64,000 nt of DNA from an uncultured Candidatus Sumerlaeota bacterium (GTDB lineage Bacteria; CAYMEV01), in NCBI GenBank assembly GCA_964389675.1, contig CAYMEV010000009.1, positions 1 to 64,000 on the forward strand, read 5' to 3'. A program made the translations under genes and the position numbers. The notes under the pieces were generated by a model that did not search any database, was not told the DNA's origin, and worked only from the letters and a program-made list of their open reading frames with translations. The first letter of the stretch is position 1. Each line of letters opens with the position of its first letter. Shown in pieces: positions 28,490 through 38,397 of the stretch.

Positions 28490-29614
28490 ATGTCATTTAG
28501 AAGAATTCTTCTGATTCTGATTCTTGCAGTCCTGACATGCGCACCAGTTTCTGCCAGGATAAAGCTTGTAGCAGTTCCAGAGAGGGACAGGGCCGTGGTA
28601 AGGCTTGACAACCCTATAGCGACCTTTGTTGAGGAAGAGCGTGTACTCCAGCTGCAGGAGGGCATAAACAAGGTCGATTTTTCTTGGAGGGGAGTGATGA
28701 TAGACCCTGATTCCATACGTATAAGGATTTTGTCAAACCCGGGTGAGGTGACACTGTTAAGTGTCAGCTATCCTCCGGACGAGAACGCCCTTGTATGGGA
28801 GATAAGCAGCACAAAAGCAAGGGAGGAAAAGATCAGGATTGGCTATATACTTTATAATATAGACCAGCTTGTTACATACAAAATGATAGCTGATAAGGAT
28901 GAAAAAAAGGTCAATATGCAGTCTTTCATGGTACTAAGGAACTTTTCAGGGGAAGATTTTAGCGATGCCGGTTTTTATCCTGATTATGGGGATTCATTTC
29001 AGAATTCTACGCAGCATGAAGAGACTAAGCAGTTTTTATTCCTGAAGAAGGATACTGTCCCCATTGAGAAAGTATTTACCTTTGACGCAGGCATACTCCC
29101 ATGGGACCCATCCAAAGAGGATACAAATGTAGGTATTCCGGTAACATACATCATAAGAAACAACCAGGCCTCAGGTTTGGGAGATCATAGCCTGTGGGGA
29201 GGCAAGGCACGTATATTCCAGGATGACGGCAAAGATTCAACGATTTTTCTTGGTGAGGATTATGCCTCCTTTACCCCTGCCGGCAAAAAGATGGAGCTGA
29301 AGATTGGAGAAAGCAGGGATATTGTTGTTACCCAGCATAAGATTAAGGATACAAGGATCAACCTGAAGCATAATTCAAGCAACAGCGTGATACTGTACGA
29401 TACAGATGAGACTATCAGGGCAAAGATAGAAAATTTCCGTAATAAGCCGGTTGTGCTGACCCTTATAGAGCATATACCGGGCCAGTGGGACATGTCAGAA
29501 TCTACTCATGAGTATGTAAAGGAAAACGCAAATACGATCAGATTCCTTGTTTCAATACCGGCGCAGGGAGAAGAAACAGTAGTGTTCAACTATAACAGGA
29601 GGAATTTAAGATGA
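28490..29614 (+). CDS. Secreted DUF4139-domain protein
   Basis: Signal peptide, IDPDSIRI, RNFSGEDF, GKARIF, IENFR.KPV.L.LIEH. Confidence 0.75.
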   Translation: MSFRRILLILILAVLTCAPVSARIKLVAVPERDRAVVRLDNPIATFVEEERVLQLQEGINKVDFSWRGVMIDPDSIRIRILSNPGEVTLLSVSYPPDENALVWEISSTKAREEKIRIGYILYNIDQLVTYKMIADKDEKKVNMQSFMVLRNFSGEDFSDAGFYPDYGDSFQNSTQHEETKQFLFLKKDTVPIEKVFTFDAGILPWDPSKEDTNVGIPVTYIIRNNQASGLGDHSLWGGKARIFQDDGKDSTIFLGEDYASFTPAGKKMELKIGESRDIVVTQHKIKDTRINLKHNSSNSVILYDTDETIRAKIENFRNKPVVLTLIEHIPGQWDMSESTHEYVKENANTIRFLVSIPAQGEETVVFNYNRRNLR

Positions 29615-30960
29615 AGAGAATAACAGCCTTTATAGCAGTTTATATTATTCTTTTTGCAGCTTACCAGGCATATGCAAGGATAGACCTGGTAACGCTTCCT
29701 GAGAGAGACAGCGTTCAACTGACCATATATAACTCTTCAGATATAACCCTTGTCAGAGATAACCGAATGCTCACCATGAGCAAGGGGGAGAACACTCTTC
29801 AGTTCTCATGGGCAAATACGCTTATAGACCCGACCTCCATCGAGATTTTTGCCAGGGGCATGGCCAATAAGATAAATATAATGGAACTCAGTTTCCCTCC
29901 GAGGGTAAAAGACCTGGGACTGTGGAGGTTAGAAAGCGATTTTTCAGGAATGGCCCCTGTTGAAATAACCTATTTTACCTCAGGAATATCATGGCGGGCC
30001 TATTATATTGCCACACTCACACAGGATGAAAAGTCAATGGAGCTTAAAGGTTATGTCCGTGTTACAAATAACAGCGGTGAAGATTATGAAAATGCCCAGG
30101 TCAGGGTAATAGTAGGCAGAATAAACCTGCTGGACCAGATAGCAGAGCTGGCACGCAGGCAATATCCTTACGGAAGTCCTGTAAAGCAGCCGCAACAACC
30201 CCCCATGGTCCAGATGCAGTACGAAGAATCAGTGATGAGGGCAAAATCACAGGTTTACGGGGCAATGGATGAAGCAGCAGCAAAACCAAAAGAAATTATC
30301 AAGGAAGGGCTTTCAGAGTATTTTCTCTATACAATAGAAGGCACTGAAAATATCCCTAACGGGTGGTCCAAGAGGCTTATCTCTCTCAGACAATCAGACA
30401 TTCCGGTAGTCAATTTCTATAAATATGAAGAAGAGAGGTATGGCAGGAATGCAATCAGGTTTATAGCCTTCGCAAATGATAAGGAGCATAAGCTGGGAAA
30501 TGAACCTCTTCCCGACGGTATGGTAAAAGCATTTAAATCAGTAGATAATGAGAATTACCTCAGCTATATAGGTGCTGATAATACCAAGTACATCCCCATA
30601 GGCGAAAAGGTTGAGCTTAATATGGGACAGTCAAAGGATGTCGAGGTTGAGATAAAGATGATGGATTACAGGACAAAGAATTATCAGTTCAAGAACCCCG
30701 GCGGAAATATCTCAGGATGGGATGAAGAGAAGACATATGAGGTTGCCGTCAATAATTACCGGAAACTTCCTGTAAAGGTCGAGGTTACAAGAAACCTTCC
30801 CCATCAGTACTTTGAACTTAAGAAGAAGGGGGATTTTGGTGAATATGAAAAGGTTGACATGGATACAGTAAGGTTCACCGTTTCACTTTCCCCAAATTCA
30901 GTTAAGAAGTTTACCTATACAGTGACACAGTTTGAGGGCGACAGAAGAGAAGGCAAATAG
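29611..30960 (+). CDS. Secreted DUF4139-domain protein
   Basis: LTIYN..TLVRD.R, IDPTS, Y.TSGISWRAYY, NNSGEDYENA, PLPDG.V; overlaps the upstream stop (ATGA). Confidence 0.8.
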   Translation: MKRITAFIAVYIILFAAYQAYARIDLVTLPERDSVQLTIYNSSDITLVRDNRMLTMSKGENTLQFSWANTLIDPTSIEIFARGMANKINIMELSFPPRVKDLGLWRLESDFSGMAPVEITYFTSGISWRAYYIATLTQDEKSMELKGYVRVTNNSGEDYENAQVRVIVGRINLLDQIAELARRQYPYGSPVKQPQQPPMVQMQYEESVMRAKSQVYGAMDEAAAKPKEIIKEGLSEYFLYTIEGTENIPNGWSKRLISLRQSDIPVVNFYKYEEERYGRNAIRFIAFANDKEHKLGNEPLPDGMVKAFKSVDNENYLSYIGADNTKYIPIGEKVELNMGQSKDVEVEIKMMDYRTKNYQFKNPGGNISGWDEEKTYEVAVNNYRKLPVKVEVTRNLPHQYFELKKKGDFGEYEKVDMDTVRFTVSLSPNSVKKFTYTVTQFEGDRREGK

Positions 30961-31044
30961 AAAGCCAGCTGGAGCTGGCAGGGCTGATAAAATATTTAAA
31001 TTGATTTATGTCATGCCCAAAACAGGGTTATAATTGAGAACATT

Positions 31045-31533
31045 ATGAAAGATCTGACGGTTCTATCAGTTCTTATTGTCAGCATTCTGTTTATGTCATG
31101 CCGGAATAATGATAACCCATTTCTTGGATACTGGGAAGCAAACATCTACAGGGAGGGTCATCACGAAAGGTATGTATATCATATTACCACAGGCTTTTTG
31201 GGCTCATACAAAGGTTCTGTCCAGTCTTACATTGACAGCACACCGCTTCCAGTCCTGGATATAAAAAGTATAAAAATAAATAATTCAGGAATTGAGATCA
31301 AAACAGTGACATCTGCAACTATAACCTATAAAGGAAAGCTTAACAAAGAAATGGATCAGATAAAAGGCCGGCTTATATACCCTGACAATACCACCCTGGA
31401 AATGAATCTGATAAAAAGGACAGCATCTCAGAAGAGCCTTCCCAAAACCCTGAACCAGGATGGAGATCATGTCTTTTCCTGCAACAGGCCTGAAGCAACA
31501 GGGCCGGTACATAGGAAAGGGGCCTGCTTATAA
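31045..31533 (+). CDS. Hypothetical lipoprotein, possibly truncated
   Basis: Lipobox LFMSC, then a G.W...Y.G beta-rich domain; the stop codon lies inside a hairpin. Confidence 0.55.
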   Translation: MKDLTVLSVLIVSILFMSCRNNDNPFLGYWEANIYREGHHERYVYHITTGFLGSYKGSVQSYIDSTPLPVLDIKSIKINNSGIEIKTVTSATITYKGKLNKEMDQIKGRLIYPDNTTLEMNLIKRTASQKSLPKTLNQDGDHVFSCNRPEATGPVHRKGACL

Positions 31534-31547
31534 TAAGCCGGCCCCTT
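31516..31547. terminator. Hairpin between convergent genes
   Basis: AAGGGGCC(T)GCTTA-TAA-TAAGC(C)GGCCCCTT. Confidence 0.6.
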
Positions 31548-31571
31548 CATTTTTGGTTCAGCCTTTAAGCT

Positions 31572-33665
31572 TCAGTCTTTCTTGCTGTCTTTATCAGAAT
31601 CCTTGCTATCAGACTTTGATGATTCATTCTTTGATTTGCTTTTGTTCGATTTTGATGTTGTAGATGATTTATTGCTGCTTTTTGATTTATCCGATGTCAC
31701 AGATGACCTGGAGGACTCTGACCGGGTCCTGCTGGTAACTGTTCTTGAAGATGATGGCCTTGTAATGCTCCTGCTCGAGTCTGATGTGCTTTTTGATTTG
31801 CTGTCTTTCTGTACAGATGATGTAAAATCCCTGTCCCTGTCTATTATTGATATCTGTTTTGTGCCTTCGGTCTCACTTCTAATAATGCTTTTCGAGCTTT
31901 CATTTTCTTTTTCATGGCTGTAATCTCCCCTGGCATCAGAGTCTCTACTGATTTTGCTGTCCTGATCAGTTTTGTCCCTGCTTATTTCACTTCTCTGAAT
32001 GCTTTTATCGCTGTCTTTTGATCCGGTCCGGGTTTCTGAGGATTTTACTGTCTTTGAATCCCAGGTTCTGTTGCGGGTTATTATTCCAGTATCTGAGCCT
32101 GATTTAACTCTTTCTGATGATATTGTGCTTTTCTCGGCCTGAGGATTAGACTTCTTCTGGATTTCAACCTCTTTAAGAATGGACTTCTGCTTTAGCTGGA
32201 CTGCTTCCTTATCCTTGCTGTCAAGCTTTGGAACTATAGCTTCAAACTGCTTATCATCACCTGTCTTCAATGTGGTCTTTTCAAGATCTGCTGTCTTGAT
32301 AGACAGTTTCTGCTCCTTACTCAGCTTGTCAAAGAATTTTGAGCCTTCCTCTTCGCTGAATTTAACCATATCTTTTGAGGATAATGCAGGCTTGAGATTC
32401 TTTGAAAAAACATCATCTGGAATTACCTTGCTTGCTATATCCCCTGCAGTAAAATCTCTCGATGAAACAAAAACATAGGGATTATGATCAGTGTGGCCTG
32501 TAAAATCCCGGCTTCTGACCCTGCTTCTGTATACATGAGGCAATGGTGCAGGCCTCCATCCTGTATATCCGCCATAGTAATAGAATTCTACCCATGCTGG
32601 ATGCCAGCTGTAATCAGGCAGCCATACCCAACCATATCTCCAGTCATAATGCCAGTATCCATAATTATAGGTAAAATCCCATGGCGAAAAGCATATCCAT
32701 AGCCATCCCCTGATGGACCATCTCCAGAATCCATGAACATAAGGCCTCCAGCTGAAATGGACATAGGGCCTCCACATCCTTATTCCGTCTATATAGACCC
32801 AATGACCGTAAGAATTAAGGTGCATGTCAAAGCCTATGCTGACATCTGCTCCATAGTAACTGCCTGATGAGTAATCATCATAATAATATCCGCCCCTGTC
32901 ATAATAATCCCTGCCATAATAATCACTGCCCCTTCCAGAATCTACTGAGGTTCCCCTTTGGTCATAAAGCTCGCTGTTGTACCTTGAGCTGGCAATATAA
33001 AACTCCCTTGTATCTGATGCAAATTCAATATTAATCTGTGATACGGCTTCATTAAGGTCTGTCAGGAAATAGTCTATAGTGTTGTCAAATCTGTTGAAAT
33101 CCCTTTCAATCTTGTCATTAAGCTCATCTAATATCCTTGAAAATTCAAAATCATTTATGAGCCGCTTGTTGTAATATCTCGGGGAAGTTCTTGCAAGCAC
33201 TATCGGAAAGCTGTTTTCCCTGCCGAAACCTTTATCACTGATAAATGAATACAATGGGTGATATTCACCCCAATGGCTGCTCCAGAGCGGGACATTCCTG
33301 TCCTGGTACCCGAAATTCAGCCTTCCGTTCTCAGATGCAACAGCAACCATGAAAAGAGGGCCTTCCATGTCTGCCAGCAGGGCAGAATAACTTGAAAGAG
33401 AAATATTTTTTGAGCTTACATAATTCTGCTTAATATCTGCATTTGGAAATACAATGCGGATATCCCCGTCAAGATTAATAGCATATACAAGAAGATAAGC
33501 AGGTTCTGAGAGCTCTACATTGATATCCGCTGCCTGGCCGTAATAATAGACAAAACCGCTGTCACCTCCATCTGATTCTATAGTTACTTCAAGAGCATCT
33601 GTATTCATTGCATAAGCAACAGCAAAAATCAGTACTACCATAATCAGTTTTTTTAGTCTGTTCAT
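31572..33665 (-). CDS. Secreted DUF4384 + DUF6600-like protein (paralog 2) with Tyr/Gly linker and long Ser/Lys/Asp-rich tail
   Basis: Colinear similarity to 26756..28261 (PLWSS.W.EYHP.YSFIS, GWRPAPLPHVY, IKTADLEK, FEAI.PKLD). Confidence 0.7.
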   Translation of the reverse strand: MNRLKKLIMVVLIFAVAYAMNTDALEVTIESDGGDSGFVYYYGQAADINVELSEPAYLLVYAINLDGDIRIVFPNADIKQNYVSSKNISLSSYSALLADMEGPLFMVAVASENGRLNFGYQDRNVPLWSSHWGEYHPLYSFISDKGFGRENSFPIVLARTSPRYYNKRLINDFEFSRILDELNDKIERDFNRFDNTIDYFLTDLNEAVSQINIEFASDTREFYIASSRYNSELYDQRGTSVDSGRGSDYYGRDYYDRGGYYYDDYSSGSYYGADVSIGFDMHLNSYGHWVYIDGIRMWRPYVHFSWRPYVHGFWRWSIRGWLWICFSPWDFTYNYGYWHYDWRYGWVWLPDYSWHPAWVEFYYYGGYTGWRPAPLPHVYRSRVRSRDFTGHTDHNPYVFVSSRDFTAGDIASKVIPDDVFSKNLKPALSSKDMVKFSEEEGSKFFDKLSKEQKLSIKTADLEKTTLKTGDDKQFEAIVPKLDSKDKEAVQLKQKSILKEVEIQKKSNPQAEKSTISSERVKSGSDTGIITRNRTWDSKTVKSSETRTGSKDSDKSIQRSEISRDKTDQDSKISRDSDARGDYSHEKENESSKSIIRSETEGTKQISIIDRDRDFTSSVQKDSKSKSTSDSSRSITRPSSSRTVTSRTRSESSRSSVTSDKSKSSNKSSTTSKSNKSKSKNESSKSDSKDSDKDSKKD

Positions 33666-33702
33666 TTTTAAGCCTCCTTATTTTTAATTTGCAGATATAT
33701 AA

Positions 33703-33719
33703 TGCAAATACTATGCCAA
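33703..33719 (-). promoter_or_regulatory. sigma54 (-24/-12) promoter
   Basis: Minus strand TTGGCATAGTATTTGCA (GG-N10-GC), about 38 nt upstream of ATG 33665. Confidence 0.75.
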
Positions 33720-33782
33720 AAAGGCCTATTCGCCTTTTTCCCTCCATGGAGAGGTATTCTGTCCGTTATAATTATAAAGAAA

Positions 33783-33802
33783 GTGTCCTATCCAGAGGAC
33801 AC
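33783..33802. promoter_or_regulatory. Palindromic operator / candidate enhancer (UAS)
   Basis: GTGTCCT-N6-AGGACAC (TGT-N12-ACA). Confidence 0.5.
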
Positions 33803-33843
33803 ACAATCCTCAAAAAGCGACATCCAAATATATATGCTGAATA

Positions 33844-33872
33844 TTGATTTTTAAGAGTTTTTGTGCTATAAT
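33844..33872 (+). promoter_or_regulatory. sigma70 promoter with extended -10
   Basis: TTGATT-17 nt-(TGc)TATAAT upstream of the subtilase gene. Confidence 0.6.
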
Positions 33873-33911
33873 GGATAAATAATTAGCTATTAACTATACA
33901 GGAGGATTAAG

Positions 33912-36665
33912 ATGTTCTCAGACTGCAGATTTAAAGGCTTTGTTATTTTGATTGCTGTTCTGTTACTGTTTTCATCTACAGGTTTTTGTCTATCCAGGCA
34001 ATTTGATGGAAACAAGAAGGTTGATCAAAAGGTATTCGATGAGATGGAGAATGAAATAGCGGGGATAATCTCCAAAAAGGGAGAGAAGGCCTATGATGAA
34101 ACTTTAATAAGAGTTGTGATCCATCTTGCTGATGAAGAGGAACCCTTGCTAAGTGAAGTGGGCATGGCAATGATGGACATGGTAAAAGAGAATGTATCCA
34201 GAAAACAGAAGGATTTCTTAAACAAGGTTTCAGAAAGTGAATTTCAGCTGGCTTTGAACCTGACCCTCCAGTATTCTGTTGCTGGATATGTTTCCTATAA
34301 TGGCCTTCAGAAACTGGCTGGACTGCCTGAGGTTAAAGCCATAGATTTCGACAATCTGAACAAGCCTTTTACAACCCAGGGAAGACAGCTCATGAATATT
34401 GACTGGGTAGCATCCAATCTCGGATATACCGGCTCAGGCATTGCAGTAGGTATGATTGACAGCGCATTTGACTACAAACATGCAGAGTTTGGGGGATATT
34501 CAACCTACCCTAATGCCATTGTTGTTGACGGTTACAATTTCAGCAATAACAGCACCAATATATATCCTGCAGACTGGGATGACGGCTACCACGGTACAGG
34601 CACTGCAGGGATTATAAGAAGGGTTGCACCCGGGGCAAAGCTGGTGCTTGCTACTGTTTTCCCGAATGCATATGACTCTGTTATTGCAAATGCTATCAAC
34701 TATATGGTGCAGAAACAGAGTGAGCATAATATCAGAGTAATAAACCTGAGCCTTGGAAGTGGCGGGTATTCCTCTATCTGTTCAAACAGCACCATAGGAG
34801 GCGCAATGAACAATGCCGTGGCTGCAGGGATAATCCCTGTCGCAGCTTCAGGAAATGACGGTTACACAAACAGGATATCAATGCCGGCCTGCCTTTCAAA
34901 TGTAATATCTGTCGGTTCAGTCTTTGATGTCGCAAATGCAAATTATACGCCTTTTTACCCTGCTTACTGCAGTCAAAGCCTCAGAAGGCAGGATGAGAGG
35001 ACCTGTTATTCCAATGCAGCATCAATCCTTGATATATATGCACCATCAGAAGAAGTAATAACTGCACAGGTTTTCGGAGGTACATTTGCACTTGGAGGTA
35101 CATCCTCGGCATCACCTTATGCAGCTGCTGCCATTGCTGTTCTGCTTGAAGCTGTTCCTTCCCTGAGCGGGGATGTAAATGCTGTAAGAAGCCTGCTTGC
35201 CCAGACAGGAGCATCAGTCATAGAAGACCTGGGCTATGGGCAGAAGAGAATAGACCTGAAAGCCGCCATTGAAGACAGCGGAGGAACATCAGGCTGTCAG
35301 GGTACAGAGCAGGAATTTGCATCATCTGATGTTCCAAAATCCATTCCTGACAATAATACCTCCGGTGTCAATTCAGTTCTTAATATATCAGCAGGGGGCA
35401 CCATAGCTTCCTTGAAAATAACGATGAATATTTCACATACCTACAGGGGTGATCTGAAGCTTAAGCTCAGGTCACCTTCAGGCACGGAGGTTCTTTTCTA
35501 TGACCCTGCAAGCAATGACAGTGCTGACAATATTGTAGGATATATTGATATTGCTGACTTCAATGGCCAGCCTATGAACGGTACCTGGACATTCAATGTT
35601 TCAGACCATGCTTCCCAGGATACCGGGACCATTAACAGCTGGAGCCTTACAATATGCTATGACCCTGCTCAAACAGACCCGCCGGAGATAAACAGCTTCT
35701 ATGCAAGCCCAGGCACTATCACACAGGGAAGCTCCTCAAGGCTTTACTGGTCTGTTTCCAATTCAACAGGCATAGAAATCGTGGGCGTTGGCACCTATAC
35801 ATCCTCAAGCGGTAGCGTTGCTGTTACACCATCATCCACAAGGTCATACACATTAAAGGCAACAGGGCCGGGAGGACAGGCACAGGCAACGACAACAGTA
35901 ACAGTTGAATCGTCAGGTGGCTGTACTCCCCAAAGCTTCTCGTTCAGTTCATCTGATGTTCCAAAATCCATACCCGACTATAATACCAGCGGTATAAGCA
36001 GCTACCTTACAGTCCCTCCGGATATTACTGAGATCAGTAATTTCACTGTAACAGTTAATATTTCCCATACCTATAAAGGAGACCTTATTGTCAAACTGTT
36101 CTCACCTTCCGGAAAAGAGCTTGTTATCCACAACCGTGCAGGGGGCTCTGCTGATAATGTCACAGGCACATTCTCAACAACAGCATTTAACGGTGATACC
36201 GCTTCAGGGCAATGGAGGCTTTTTGCAAGTGATAATGCCAGATATGATACAGGTTCAATTAACAGCTGGAACATAGACTTTTCAGCATGCGGTGAATCTG
36301 CATCACCACCGCCTCCTTCAGAAGATGATATATTTCAGTCAGCAGATACTCCAATAAACATCCCTGATAATAATTCAAGCGGAATAACCTCTTTAATCAA
36401 TGTGACCAGAAGTTCATCAGCAAACACTGTTATCATTAGTGTAAACATAAGCCATACATATACAGGTGACCTGACAGTAACTCTGATGACTCCTGCGGGC
36501 GATGTCATACTTCACAACAGGGAAGGCGGATCCGCAGATAATATTATAAAGTCCTACCAGGTGAATTACAATGGCAACAATCCTTACGGGCAGTGGAAAT
36601 TGAACGTAAAGGACCTTGCATCTTATGATACAGGCAAGCTTAACAGCTGGTCAGTCCAGTTTTGA
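33912..36665 (+). CDS. Secreted S8 subtilisin-like protease with three proprotein-convertase P-domains
   Basis: Triad motifs GMIDS, HGTGTAG and GTSSASP, oxyanion ASGND; three IPD.N...ISHTY.GDL...G.W....D.A..DTG..NSW domains. Confidence 0.92.
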   Translation: MFSDCRFKGFVILIAVLLLFSSTGFCLSRQFDGNKKVDQKVFDEMENEIAGIISKKGEKAYDETLIRVVIHLADEEEPLLSEVGMAMMDMVKENVSRKQKDFLNKVSESEFQLALNLTLQYSVAGYVSYNGLQKLAGLPEVKAIDFDNLNKPFTTQGRQLMNIDWVASNLGYTGSGIAVGMIDSAFDYKHAEFGGYSTYPNAIVVDGYNFSNNSTNIYPADWDDGYHGTGTAGIIRRVAPGAKLVLATVFPNAYDSVIANAINYMVQKQSEHNIRVINLSLGSGGYSSICSNSTIGGAMNNAVAAGIIPVAASGNDGYTNRISMPACLSNVISVGSVFDVANANYTPFYPAYCSQSLRRQDERTCYSNAASILDIYAPSEEVITAQVFGGTFALGGTSSASPYAAAAIAVLLEAVPSLSGDVNAVRSLLAQTGASVIEDLGYGQKRIDLKAAIEDSGGTSGCQGTEQEFASSDVPKSIPDNNTSGVNSVLNISAGGTIASLKITMNISHTYRGDLKLKLRSPSGTEVLFYDPASNDSADNIVGYIDIADFNGQPMNGTWTFNVSDHASQDTGTINSWSLTICYDPAQTDPPEINSFYASPGTITQGSSSRLYWSVSNSTGIEIVGVGTYTSSSGSVAVTPSSTRSYTLKATGPGGQAQATTTVTVESSGGCTPQSFSFSSSDVPKSIPDYNTSGISSYLTVPPDITEISNFTVTVNISHTYKGDLIVKLFSPSGKELVIHNRAGGSADNVTGTFSTTAFNGDTASGQWRLFASDNARYDTGSINSWNIDFSACGESASPPPPSEDDIFQSADTPINIPDNNSSGITSLINVTRSSSANTVIISVNISHTYTGDLTVTLMTPAGDVILHNREGGSADNIIKSYQVNYNGNNPYGQWKLNVKDLASYDTGKLNSWSVQF

Positions 36666-36684
36666 CAGATTCTTTGTCACCATT

Positions 36685-36714
36685 AAGGGAGCAGCCATAC
36701 TGCTCCCTTTTTTT
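36685..36714 (+). terminator. Intrinsic terminator
   Basis: AAGGGAGCAG-CCATA-CTGCTCCCTT followed by a T-run. Confidence 0.85.
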
Positions 36715-36751
36715 GTTTATATCGGACTGATTTCTCATATAATCAAAAGGA

Positions 36752-37531
36752 ATGAAAAGGATTACAAAAAAACAACTGAAAGCGGCAAAAGATTCTATTA
36801 AGGACATTAACAGCCCGCTTATTTTCCTGGAAGGCTTCAGGCTTCTTGACAGCATACAGGACACTGACATTATAACTATGGCAATAGCTGCAGACTCCTT
36901 TTCAAAAAATCCTGAAAAGATTAATGCTGTCGAGAAACTTTCATGTTCAACTGAAGTGCTGCTCTGTACTGACAGCCAGTTAAGCTATCTTAGCGGACTC
37001 AAGAACCCTGACGGTCTGCTGGTATCTGTGATGAAAAAATCACACCCTGTCGAAGACTTTTATTCAGCAGATAGGGCAGCTGGAGTTCTTCTTGACAATA
37101 TACAGGATCCGGGGAACCTGGGAACAATAATAAGGACATGTTATGGCTTTGGAATTAAAGGCTTGTTCCTTTACGGCAAGCATTGCAGTCCTTATAATCC
37201 GAAGTGCATCAGGGCCAGCATGGGGACAATAATCAGAATGCCTGTATTTACGCATGGCCAGTTCTGTATCAGGGATTTTGATAAAAGGGGCTTTAAATTG
37301 TATAAGGCAGTTAAGGATAAAGAGAGCTCAGCCATATCAGATATCTCATTTGCAGATAGATGCATTATTGCATTCGGCAATGAGGGCCACGGTTTTTCAA
37401 ATGAGCTTAGGGCTTTAAGGGGAAATGGCTTTTATATCCCGGTCAGAAAAGAGCTGGATTCACTGAATCTTGCAACCTGTGTGGGAATTACAGTTTTTTT
37501 TACAGAATGCCTTTTCAGGCACAAAGCCTGA
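36752..37531 (+). CDS. TrmH/SpoU family RNA methyltransferase
   Basis: LDNIQDPGNLGTIIRT, RASMG, FGNEGHG, DSLNLA. Confidence 0.93.
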   Translation: MKRITKKQLKAAKDSIKDINSPLIFLEGFRLLDSIQDTDIITMAIAADSFSKNPEKINAVEKLSCSTEVLLCTDSQLSYLSGLKNPDGLLVSVMKKSHPVEDFYSADRAAGVLLDNIQDPGNLGTIIRTCYGFGIKGLFLYGKHCSPYNPKCIRASMGTIIRMPVFTHGQFCIRDFDKRGFKLYKAVKDKESSAISDISFADRCIIAFGNEGHGFSNELRALRGNGFYIPVRKELDSLNLATCVGITVFFTECLFRHKA

Positions 37532-37590
37532 TATTATGAATTTGTCAAAAAACTGATGATACAGGCAGAATTAACTGTGCGGCGACAAGA

Positions 37591-38286
37591 TTAAAGCCCG
37601 GGGCCGATTAAATTTTCAAAAACCTCCCAGTAGAAGGGTATATCAGCCAAAAATTCTTTTCTGCTGTATCTGACTGGATAGGAGAGCAGGATCTTTCTGC
37701 AATGAAGAGCTATTGAATCCTTCATGAAGGGGACTGGCGACCCATATTTCCTGTCTCCTACCACAGGAATATTATAATAGGACAGAACAGCCCTTATCTG
37801 GTGTTTTCTGCCAGTTTTGGGATATACTTTCAACAGGGTGAACCTGCTTTCTGAAGCGATCCTTTCAATCCTTATTGATATACTTTTTGAGGCATAGCCC
37901 GGCTGATCAGTTATGACAGTTCTTTCATTCTCCCTGTGACAGTATAGATATTGCGGAACACCATTTTCAAGACTGCTTTTCTGATACTTTTCGCTTTCCA
38001 CAACAGCAAGGTATTCCTTATGCAGATTCCCTCTGCTGAACTGCTCTGATAAAAAACGAGCAATTTTGCTGGCAAGGGCAAAAACAACTACGCCGCTCAC
38101 CTGGAAATCAAGCCTGTGCACAATGCCCACGAACGGGTCGTCAGTATTTGAACCATCCGCAATATACTTCTTTATTCTGGAATACAGGCTCTCCCTTTTT
38201 GTAATGTCACCCTGGACAAGGCACCCTGATCCCTTGTTTACAACAATAATGGACTTATCCTGAAATATAATATCAATACTGCCCAT
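37591..38286 (-). CDS. RluA family pseudouridine synthase
   Basis: VNKGSG, VHRLDFQVSG, KEYLAVV, TGRKHQIR, GDRKYG, ALH. Confidence 0.93.
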   Translation of the reverse strand: MGSIDIIFQDKSIIVVNKGSGCLVQGDITKRESLYSRIKKYIADGSNTDDPFVGIVHRLDFQVSGVVVFALASKIARFLSEQFSRGNLHKEYLAVVESEKYQKSSLENGVPQYLYCHRENERTVITDQPGYASKSISIRIERIASESRFTLLKVYPKTGRKHQIRAVLSYYNIPVVGDRKYGSPVPFMKDSIALHCRKILLSYPVRYSRKEFLADIPFYWEVFENLIGPGL

Positions 38287-38397
38287 GCTTTCTCTATTAT
38301 ATTAATTAATAAATTAATTCTTTACAATTTTATTAATGTAAATATTTATATAAAAAATTGCTTTATAATAATTCTTAATTTTATTAGGGGTGCACTT

